DNA of 64,000 nucleotides from NCBI GenBank assembly GCA_964016885.1, contig OZ024741.1, positions 7,688,001-7,752,000 of the forward strand, given 5' to 3'. The DNA is from Eledone cirrhosa (taxonomy: Eukaryota). This document shows, one piece after another, positions 30,899 through 41,628 of this stretch (position 1 is its first letter; each line of letters starts with the position of its first letter). The notes beneath the pieces are model-generated. The model was given only the letters and a program-made list of their open reading frames with translations, was not told the origin of the DNA and made no database searches. The position numbers were made by a program, and so were the translations under genes.

Positions 30899-31443
30899 TT
30901 ATAGTGAAATAAGATAACAAGGACGATTGGTTACTCCTTCATTACGTTTATTTGTTGGTGACTCGCGTTTCGCCACTGGTCAGCTCAAGGTTCGATCTGT
31001 ATCGATCTGACTCGACTCTGTAATCCGCGGCTCGTCAAACCCCTTGTAATGTTAATAGAAAAATGAATACATACTGTATGATAAAGTGAGAAGTTCCTAC
31101 CAACAACCAGCACCCCCAAACCACCGCCAACTTCAACCTGCGACCGACACCACCAACCTATGACCCCCCCCCCCTTATACACTACAGGCAAAAACATCCC
31201 TATGAACTAATCCACCAATCAAAACAAACTTCACTGATCACCATAGGAACTTCTGACTTTATCATACAGCATGTATTCATTTCCCCATTACCATTACAAG
31301 GAGTCTGACGAGCTGTGGATTACAGAGTCGGGTTAGATCGATACAGATCGAACCTTGAGCTGATCAGTGGTGAAACGCGCGTCACCAACTAATAAACGTA
31401 ATGAAAGAGTAATCAATCGTCCTTGTTAATTTATTTCACTATA
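30899..31443. mobile_element. Palindromic element with two divergent HHR motifs
   Basis: Arms 30899-31099 and 31244-31443. Right arm has CTGACGA-gctgt...gtggt-GAAA-cgcgcg-TC-acc (31301-31386, +). The left copy (30957-31041, -) has TTGACGA. Confidence 0.8.
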
Positions 31444-31451
31444 TATATATA

Positions 31452-31577
31452 TAGGAAAATGTTTAACCCCGACGGCAGAGCTCAAGCCGTTTCGATAGCT
31501 ATTTCTCGACTACTACCCTAAGTATTGAGTACTCTGGTGCGTTATGGTCCACCCGATTCCTTACCACACCTCCTTCG

Positions 31578-31632
<55 letters not shown>

Positions 31633-31804
31633 AACCAGTAAGACCCCGACAGCTGAGCTCAAGCCGTTTCGACGGCTAATTCGTCGAAACGGCTTGAGCT
31701 CAGCTGTCGGGGTCTTACTGGTTCCTATTACCCACTCTACTACCCCAAGTATTGAGTACTTTGGTGCGTTATGGTCCACCTGGTTCCTTACCACATTTCC
31801 TTCG

Positions 31805-31807
<3 letters not shown>
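31452..31807 (+). mobile_element. Two family A fold-back elements (31452-31580 internally deleted; 31630-31807)
   Basis: Homologous to 920-1112 and separated by (TA)n. Confidence 0.85.
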
Positions 31808-31849
<42 letters not shown>

Positions 31850-32100
31850 ATGAGTGATCCCTAAATAAAAAACCTCCATCACACAACCTCCACCCACACA
31901 GTGCCCTCTCTCTCCACACACACAAAGACACATATACATGTATATGTATTTTGTGTGTTGGAGGGTATTTAATTAGGGACCGCTCATACTTTGCCAACCC
32001 CATCTCACAACCACTCCACCATCAGAAAAACCAACACTACAACCACCAACACAACCACTGCGACCATAACCGCCACCAGCGCTACCACCACTACCACCAC

Positions 32101-33379
32101 CACAAAATATTTATTTCAAACCAAAACTTCACACCGGGAGTTTTCTCCTTCAAAGTAATCCCCCTGGAGTCTAATGCACTTTTCCATACTTTTCTGTCAC
32201 GCTTGCATGCACTCCTGGAAGAATTCTTCCGGGATCCTCCCCAGTTCCGTCGTCACGGCCTTTTTGATGTCGTCCACGTCTTCAAAACGAGTCCCCTTGA
32301 TGACCCTCTTGAGCTTGGGGAATAGGAAAAAATCACACGGAGCCAGGTCGGGGGAGTAGGGAAGTTGCTCCAGCACGGCGATGTTCTTCTCGGCCAGGAA
32401 CTGTCGGATGCTCAGGGCATTGTGAGCAGGCGCGTTGTCATGGTGAAGAAGCCACGAGTTGTTCTGCCACAACTCTCGCCTCTTCTTACGCACTGAACGA
32501 AGCAAACGCTGCAGTATCTCTTTGTAGACATGTTGGTTGATTGTCTGGCCCTGTGGCAAGAACTCGCAGTGGACGAACCCCCTCACATCGAAGAATGTGA
32601 TCAACATGACCTTGACTTTGGACATCGACTGTCGTGCTTTCGGCCTTGGCGACGATGGACTCTTCCACTGAAGGCTCTGGCGTTTGGTTTCCGGGTCGTA
32701 CTCGAAGATCCATGACTCATCACCGGTGATGACTGTCCCTAGCAAGTCTGGTTCGGTTTCAAGACGCTCGAGGATGTCCTGGCACACTTGCATGCGTCGA
32801 CCCTTCTGGTCATCGTTCAGCAGTGTTGGCACCATCTTCGCACAGACTTTCCACATATCCAAATCTTCAGTGAGAATCTTCCAGACGCTGTCCCGATTCA
32901 TGCCCAGCTCATTTGCCATCAGTCGAACAGTCAGCCGACGATCGCTACGCACCATCTGCCTGAAGCGCTCAACGTTGACCTTAATCCTGGTTGTTGAGGG
33001 CCCTCCGCTTCTGGGGTCATCTTCCACGTCCTCGCGTCCTTCTTTAAACCTCTTGCACCACTCAAAAACACGTGAGCGTGACATCGTCTCATCTCTATAC
33101 ACTTGCTGCAGCAATCCCAGTGCTTCTGACGGAGTTTTCCCCAACCGTACCAGCAACTTCAAGTTTGTTCGTTGTTCTGTGGTCGTTGCTTGACGACCTG
33201 AAACAGAGGACATGGATATAAAATTATGAAGAAAAAAGTTTGATCGCTGCAGAGAGCTAAGATTACAGTTACATACTCCAGGGGGATTACTTTGAAGGAG
33301 GAAATTCTTAGTGTGAAGTTTGGGTTTGAAATAAATCTTTTGTGACATCAGTCCTGGAACTTTTCTGACACACCTCGTA
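32101..33379 (-). mobile_element. Mariner (DD34D) DNA transposon, nearly complete
   Basis: Terminus TA-cgaggtgtgtcagaaaagttcc at the right end. Inverted repeat match between 32101-32170 and ~33275-33345. The outer part of the left terminus is missing. Confidence 0.92.
32197..33213 (-). pseudogene. Mariner transposase with premature stop near the C-terminus
   Basis: EQRTNLK HTH, DDPRSG, ITGDESW, HHDNAPAH and YSPDLAPCDFFLF. A TGA is followed in frame by QKSMEKCIRLQGDYFE. Confidence 0.92.
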
Positions 33380-33557
33380 TATATATATATATATACGTTT
33401 GTATATGTATAATAAAGCCAAAACAATGCAAGTATGGACATAGAATAAAGAATGCATTCTTTATTCTATATCCATACCTGCATTGTTTTGGCTTTATTAT
33501 ACATATAGAAACGTTTATACCTCATTACACAATGCTTCAAGTAAACTATAACCTCCT

Positions 33558-33626
<69 letters not shown>

Positions 33627-33631
<5 letters not shown>

Positions 33632-33874
33632 ATATTAAATAAATGGAAATTATATTTATATAACCATAATTATTCTATTATATATATTTCATGGGTACCA
33701 AAAATGTTGGTACCCTTGAAATATATATAATAGAATAATTATGGTTTTATAAATATAGTTTCCATTTATTTAATATCATTATATATTATACTCCAGAAAA
33801 ACTTGTTGAGTGCTCTGAATCAGTTATAAACATCTATATTTGTTGAATTACCAACAAATTGAATATCCCTTCTG

Positions 33875-33877
<3 letters not shown>
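33627..33877 (+). mobile_element. Fold-back element related to 197-897, retaining only the HHR 3' half
   Basis: ~75-bp arms with apex gggtaccaa-aaatg-ttggtaccc, then ttGAAAtatataTA. Tail is homologous to ~800-897. Confidence 0.8.
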
Positions 33878-33920
<43 letters not shown>

Positions 33921-33981
33921 TATATATATATATATGTATTCTTTTACTTGTTTTAGTCATTAGACAGCGGTCATGTATAAT

Positions 33982-34060
<79 letters not shown>

Positions 34061-34062
34061 AC

Positions 34063-34117
<55 letters not shown>

Positions 34118-34216
34118 CATACATATATATGTATACAAACATATATACATTTATATAGTATATTAGGGAGAGGATCAGGGGTGTATAACACTCCACTTAT
34201 CCAACAGGCATATTAC

Positions 34217-34257
<41 letters not shown>

Positions 34258-35051
34258 AACATATATACATACAAGCATATAAATATATATATACGGGAAG
34301 AAATTAAAGAATGCATACATATATACCCACACTGTGTGTGTGTATATATGTATGTGTGCGTGTGTGAGGGAGCGGGAGAGAGTGGGTGTATGTGATGAGG
34401 TGTAAATGTGTGTGATGAAATGTCTGCCAGTAATATAACAATGTGTTTTGTTGGAGTATCATGAATAGCAGCCGACAGATGACCAGTAAGACAGTCATAA
34501 ATCATGACCAGACTGACCACTACTCGGCAGAGCTTGCTGACATATGTGACGCCATCATGTCTCCTCAACTGAACATTTCCTTCGGTCAAATTCATTACCA
34601 CAGTCTATCTATCTATCTATTAATCTAGTTGTCGTCTGTTCGACAGCGTAGATGTAATTCACTTCGCGCAGAAGTTTTGTTCAAATTTATTGCGGAAATT
34701 TTGTAAGTTCAATTTTAATTTTGATACTATATTGTGTAGCTTGACCCCCCGTCTGAATTGTCAGGCGGTGGGTCAGCTCATCTTTGCCCCTCCCAGGGGT
34801 GAAAAACCTGTTTTTAAAAATTTTGTGGCATAAAAAATTTCAATCGTCTGACAGAAATGTTAAACGAAGCTAACGAAAATAGTGGTGGGGGGACAGCGGT
34901 AAGAGTTGTAAGCTCGCACGCTTTAGTCCCCCCCTTCCTTCCCAACTAACGTCATAGAGAAGGAAAGAAAAAATAAAAGAAAAACAGACGAATCTGCGGA
35001 GAAAAATGACGAAAACACAAATCTAACAACGAAAAAAAAAAAATTTGAAAA

Positions 35052-36083
35052 TTGCATGACAATATTAATACCACAAACAAAGACACGACAAACACAAAAA
35101 TAACATTTGAAAATAACATCATAACAGAAAGCAAAGCAGACGACAAAGTCAACACCAATAATATTTCATTTGCACAAACAACAAAGAAATCTTTGACATA
35201 TATACCTGAAAATATTTCAGATGTGGCACAAAGAATTACAGACACCAAACAATACATAACTGAAGGGGAAAATGGTATTTTATCGGTAAAAATGCCTCAA
35301 GAACTCACCAAAGACATTGAAAGTCGGACGGTCGTTTTCCGCACCATCAACAACATTTCTAAAAAACCTCAACAGCCAACACAAACAGAAATCAAAGCAG
35401 TACTTACAGAAGTACTTAATGAAACCACTTTCATAAGAAGAGACAGACTGTATGGAATCCTAGCGATTATTATGAAGAACGAATCGGCGGCAAAAAAATG
35501 TGCTTTGTCACCGATTCGTTCGACAAATTTTACCTTTTATCCATCTTATATGGGTAAAAGAACTCAGCGCATATGGCTGGATGCGATGATGCCAGATATG
35601 GACTACTGCTGGCTCATAGCTGGCTTCATCAATCCAGCGAATGACAACGTGATTTCCATTGGGAAAACCACAGGCAATGCGTTCAGTGGAACAGGTATAG
35701 AACTTGTAGTGCAAATGAAGCCTGAACTCATCGCCCAAATACCCGACAGAATCCTATTAGAGGGCCACGGGTATATAAACATTAGCGTGGAGGGGAGAAG
35801 GTCGTCCTGTCATATCTGTGCAGGTAGAGGGCACCTGAAGGCGGCTTGTCCCCAACTCAACAAAAAGAAAACCCCGCTACCAACACCAGCTCCACCACCA
35901 CCACCACAACAGATAAACAAACAACAAAACTCAGTCCCACCCAACCCGTCCCTCAGTAAAACTACACCACCACCACAACACAAACAGTCACAACACATTA
36001 CCCCAAAACAAAATACAGTCCCACCCAACCCAATAAAACAACACAACCACCGCAGCCACAACACACAACACAGTCTAACATAG
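35052..36083 (+). pseudogene. LINE ORF1 (gag-like, CCHC knuckle); probably continues by frameshift into 36083-36853
   Basis: CHICAGRGHLKAAC followed by a Pro/Thr-rich low-complexity region. Confidence 0.8.
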
Positions 36084-36776
36084 TGACATCCATCTCCCCC
36101 ACAAAGAAAACCAGCACGGAAACATTACCAGCAAACATACCTCTTCCCTCCAACACTGAAGATAACCCAACGAATTCGGAGGAAGAAACGGAGTTCTTCA
36201 GACAGATTAAAAGGAAAAAAAGAAAACATGTGCAAAACACACAAGGCCAAACAACCCCTACCCAAATGTCAACACAATCCAACAAAACACAAAACACCCC
36301 TCCAGCAACAAACAAAACCAAACCTGCCCCTCCCCTCTTCGAAACACTCACACCATCCGAAAAAAAGACATTACACTATACTTACATCAACAGAAACGAT
36401 AATAAATTAAATGAACTCATAAACAATAATCCTTCGGTACAAACCGAAGGTGTGAACTTTGTTTCTTCAGAAAACTACCCACATTTAAAATTAATAAAGA
36501 TCCCAATGAACCTCTACCAAAAACTAAAAAAGGATTTTAAGGAGGACGTAGGACCACCCTCTGTCAAACCCATAAACCGCGTCCTACTAAAAAGCTTTCC
36601 CCCTCCCCTTCCCCTCCCCAACACAACTCCAAACACCCAAACCCCACCACACACTGACGACCCACACCACCACAAGACACCCCTTCACCCAACACCCCCG
36701 ACCCCATGGAAGTCGTGCGACCCGAACCCCGGGAAGCAGAAAGGTCTCTACACTCTCCTTTGGCTTTGCCGCCCAC

Positions 36777-39716
36777 ATGGATGTGTTAAGAGTAGGATGT
36801 TTGAATGCACGTGGCCTGGGCTCAACTTGGAAGCAAGCAAAGCTTCTAAATAACCTCAGGTCACGTGGTATAAATGTAATGGTTATCTGTGAGACTCGGA
36901 TCAGCGTCGTGCGGCAGCTGGCCCCTACCTTCGATGACTTTGAGGTGCATGCATATCACAAATTAGTGACCTGCGTAGTCAATCTCGAGAAAACACATAA
37001 ACAGGGTCCCGGTTACTGGAAACTTAATTTGTCTTTACCGGCAAAAGAGACTTACAGAAACCGGATTAGCAGATTAGTTAAGGAGAGGTTGACGGGTGCA
37101 ATCGTCAACAACCGATGGTGGGCATCTTTCAAAAGAGAGATTAGAACAGAATCCATAAGTTATAGCAAGATGTTAGCTGCCGATGGGAATAGAAACGAGA
37201 AAGAATTAACAGGTAAATTAGAAGAGGCAATCAAGAGCGAAGATGTGGCCAGAGTGCTGGCATCGAGGACGGCCTTGAGCCAGTTTTTCGATGCAAAGCA
37301 CGAAGGCTGCGTCATTCGAAGTAAAATACGTGCTCTAGGTAATGAGGGGGCCAAAGCCGTTGGCTGGGTCCGCGTGACAGAAGCTAAGAGTGGAAATCGA
37401 TCCACCATCCGGTCTTTGCAAGACTAGGATGGACGGGTGATCCGGGAGCCTAAACAGATGTGCGAGGCCTTTCAAAGGCACTTTGCCCGATTATTCGGGG
37501 GAGGCGAGGGTCCGGGCGGGGACGTGGATTTCGGTCCATACCTCGACGGCCTGCCGCGTCTCTCGAGCGAAGAGGCAAAGTCCTGCGAGGGACCAATCTC
37601 GGCTGATGAGATCGGGGATGCGCTGAGCCAATGCAGCAGACGCAAATCTCCAGGTCTCGATGGTATACCTTACGAACTTTATTTAGCAATGCCGGTCTTC
37701 TTCTCCGAACTCCTCGAAGCAGTCTACTGCAATTGGCAGCAGAACGGGAGAATTCCTTGTTCTGTAGCCAAGGGCGTAGTCTCGCTGGTGAGAAAGGACA
37801 AGAACAAGCGGGATAGTATAAATAATTTTCGGCCCATAACTCTGCTAAACACAGAGTTAAAGATTTTGGCCAAGGTGTTAGCAAAGAGGTTGGCGCTTGT
37901 CGTGGGTGGCCTGGTGGGAGATGCGCAGACATGTGCTATCCCATCCAGGTCCATTCACGATAACCTCCACCTCATGCGATACATCATAGAGAGGGTTGGC
38001 AACAAACCCGGCTTCGGTGGGGCCCTGATCAACTTGGATCAGTCTAAGGCGTTCGATAGGGTCGACCATGGTTACCTGGATGCGGTGCTAGCGGCGGCTG
38101 GGTTCGGTCCTGTTTTCAGAGGCTGGATCACTGCCTTACATAGCAACCACATCTGTTCTAGGATCAAGGTGAACGGCTACCTTTCGAAGCCGTTCGAAAT
38201 CACACGATCCATTCGACAGGGGTGCCCTCTCTCCTCCCTTCTGTACGTATTGACTCTCGAGCCTTTACTGAAGAAGTTGGAGTTGTTGCAGGGTATCCCC
38301 CTGGAACCAGGATTGAGCAAAGCGGTGTCGGCCTACGCCGATGACGTAACAGTAATGGTATCGACCGACTCGGAGATCGAGGCGATCGGTACCTTACTGG
38401 AGGATTACGAAAGGTTGTCAGGAGCGAAACTGAACCGGGAAAAATCCATCGGGCTGCAACTCGGAACGTGGAGAGGCAGACCGATGCCTCCCGACGGTGT
38501 CGTCGGACACTGGACGGAGGGCCCGGTGAAGTTGCTTGGGGTCTGGTTTGGACCGGACCTCCAGGTGGAAAAGAACTGGGACGAGGTTACGAACAAGGTG
38601 TTTGCACTAACCCAGAAATGGGCCAAGTGTAAGCTGTCCCTAAAAGGTCGGGCGGAGGTGGCGAACATTTACATAGCGTCCGTCACCTACTACCGCCTGA
38701 CTGTCGTGCCTTGCCCTAAGGAAACACTCACCTCCATGGAACGCATGCTCTTCCAATTTCTTTGGAAGAAGCGCCCTCCTATGGTGAGAAGATCCATCTG
38801 CTGCCAACAACCTTCGAAAGGAGGGCTGGGGATGCCGAGGTTGATGATGCGTAGGCACACATTAAGGCTACGGCACCTACAGGTATTCCTCACTGGTCAA
38901 CCGGTGTGGGCTCCGTTCGTGAAACGAGCCTTTCCGAGACTGGTCTCGCTCACCGAGCTGCAGTCCTGGGTCAAGAAAAGATCCTAAAAACTGGGAGACT
39001 GGCACACTGAGTGTGCCCAGGCGCTCAGGGCTCTCTGGCAAGCGGGCCAGGCCATCGGTGGAGAATCCACCTCATCATTCTATAGAGGGCTGGTGGCTAG
39101 CAGGGGCGATGACACCCTTGGAGAGTCGCTGGACATGGAAGAGGACGAACTGGCCAGCCTGTTCGGTAGGACTTTCGGCCCGGGACCAATGGACAACTTC
39201 CAGAAGTCACTAGCCTGGCAGTGCTACCGGGGGGCTCTACCCGTTCGAGAGAGGCTCTACAGACACGGGCGCCCGGGCAGGGATCCCTCGAAAAAGATTT
39301 GCCTTAGATGCGTGCGTCACGAAGAAACCGTTGCGCACGCATTGGTGCAATGTCCGGGCGTGGCTGATCTGTGGGGCTACGCCGAACGACTGCTGTCGCG
39401 GGTGGCGCCGATTCGATTGACCGCCGAGTCCGTGGTGACAATCAAGCCGCCTCCCCTCTTCACAAAGGAAGCAAAGGCGGTTTTTCTGTACGTAATAGCC
39501 ATGTTGAAAGAGGTTGTTTGGTGGACACGATTGAAAGGTCTGAGGTCAGGCAACTTCCTCTCTGGCCATAGTCTGGTCTACTTCTTCCGATATCACTTCG
39601 GAAGAAGGATAAGAATGGAGAGAGAGGTGCTTGGCCACAGGCAGTTTTATGAAAGGTGGGTGATAGTGGCGAGAATGGCTCGTGTAAATGGACCTTCTCT
39701 GTATACCATCCTGTAG
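36777..39716 (+). pseudogene. LINE ORF2 (APE remnant - RT - zinc finger) with two in-frame stops
   Basis: LNARGL, GYWKLN, SPGLDG, RPITLLN, DQSKAFDRVDH, RQGCPLS, YADD and CLRC..ETVAHALVQC. The three ORF-track pieces share one frame. Confidence 0.93.
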
Positions 39717-39945
39717 GTAAAGAAGTGAAGGAGAGGGGAGCACCTTCTCCATGTGCTCCCCGGGAAAAGGATTGCACACTTTTTCGGGGGTGTGTGCAAC
39801 CCCCATCACGTCGCCTCCCTTTTGAGGTTGTTTTCGATTATTTTCATTTTATACCCTTTTTACTCGATTTTATGTAAACTCCCCCTTTGTATTTGTCCAT
39901 TCTTTTTATGCCTTTATGGTAAATAAAGAAATATATCTATCTATC

Positions 39946-40010
39946 TTGTAAACTTCCCCCTTTGTATTTGTCCCCTTCTTTTGTGCCCCAGTGGCTGATA
40001 AAGAAACATA
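39946..40010 (+). mobile_element. Second, diverged 3' end of the same LINE family in tandem
   Basis: tgtaaac(t)tccccctttgtatttgtcc...ataaagaaa repeats 39873-39935. Confidence 0.8.
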
Positions 40011-40204
40011 TCTGTCTATCTATCTATCTATCTGTCTGTCTAGTTATCTCTTTTCAATCTCTATATGTGTATGTGTATGACGCTCACACTCACACACACA
40101 TTCACACACACACTTACTCTCACTAACAAACACACTCTCATACACAGTCACACACAACCCCACATACGCACAGAGGCACATACACACACAATGATATATA
40201 CTTC

Positions 40205-40376
40205 TATTAGAGGGTCGGTCGCCATGCTTTGACGCATAGAGTTACGGCCCTTGCCATTCTGAGTTCAAATCCCGCCGAGGTTAACTTTGCCTTTCATCCT
40301 TACGGGGTCGATAAAATAAAATACCAGTAATACACTGGATAATTGCTGGCCTTGTACCAAAAGTAGAAACAATTAT
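40205..40376 (+). mobile_element. tRNA-derived SINE
   Basis: Same family as 12017. Confidence 0.8.
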
Positions 40377-40734
40377 TTTATTGTTTTACTGGACTTAGTC
40401 ATGAGACAGCGGCCAGGCTGGATCACCACCTTCATTAGTCAATTGTATTGATCCCAGTCTCGTACTTATTCTATCAATCCCTTTTTGTCGAATTGCTAGG
40501 TTATGAGACATAAACACAAACACTGGTGCCCACAAACAAAGATATATCCAAACATACACACACGCACATGTAAATATAAATATTTATAGGGAATAGAAAT
40601 AGGATTTAGCTTCAGGCATAGCTGTATACAGATATGTATTGAAATTTAGTATTTCTAAAGAAATACGATATGTTTATAGATAAACGTTTAGAATATATAT
40701 ATATATATATATATGGAACCTGCTAAAGCCCGTC

Positions 40735-40837
<103 letters not shown>

Positions 40838-40982
40838 CCATAGGCTTTAGCAGTTTCCATATACCAAATCTCACAGACAAGGTATCGGACAACTCTTGAC
40901 TATTGTATAAGACACTTGGCCATGATACCACGTGGTGAGAATGAACCTGGAACCACAGAGTTACGAAACACGTGTATGATAA

Positions 40983-41440
40983 TACAAAGTGAACATAAAT
41001 TATTTCCCTGATTAGAAAATACCACATCTCGGATATTATTTGAGATTTTACTTTTTCATTGTTTTAATTTTTAAATTTAAAGTTTAAAGTTTTTCTGAAC
41101 ATGTTTTACATTTTCTCTTCTACAGGAAGTAGTTGTAATTTTCCGTTCTACAGGAAGTGTTGTAATTTTCTCTTCTACAGGAAGTAGTTGTAATTTTCTC
41201 TTCTACAGGAAGTGTTGTAATTTTCTCTTCTAGAGGAAGTGTTGTAATTTTCTCTGCTACAGGAAGTAGTTGTAATTTTCCGTTCTACAGGAAGTGTTGT
41301 AATTTTCTCTTCTACAGGAAGTAGTTGTAATTTTCTCTTCTACAGGAAGTAGTTGTAATTTTCAGCAACAAAATGGAATCTATGAAACAGAAAGCTGAGT
41401 GTGTTTTGTGGTTTCAAAGACTTTATGCTCACCCTGTTTA
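40983..41440 (+). mobile_element. Internally deleted Tc1/mariner-superfamily element
   Basis: Degenerate TIRs tacaaagtgaacataaa / tttatgctcaccctgtt. ATG at 41373 gives MESMKQKAECVLWF, resembling the N-terminus of DUF4817-type transposases. Confidence 0.6.
41110..41365. repeat. ~29/31-bp tandem repeat, ~8 copies
   Basis: Unit ttttctcttctacaggaagt(ag/g)ttgtaa. Confidence 0.9.
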
Positions 41441-41628
41441 TACAATGAATCTCTCAGGTATTTTGAAAGGTTTCGTGCACTGTCAGACAAATAAAATTCG
41501 AATATTCAGGTTTGAACCTGTTCTGGTGTAATGGCTGAAGCAGAAGATAGAAACTTGAATGAAAATAATGGAAGTAAGACAAATATACTCTTTAATTGTT
41601 TGGCGAGGTTAGGAAATATATTAATGTT

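Larger units (their letters stand above)
34628..39945 (+). mobile_element. Tx1-clade (L1 group) LINE, near full length, in a (TATC)n tract
   Basis: 5' UTR, ORF1, ORF2 and 3' UTR with AATAAA. (TATC)n on both flanks. Confidence 0.92.

Noticed and set aside
34400-34603. Unique stretch as a possible host exon
   Set aside because: No recognisable protein motif or convincing splice-site pair.
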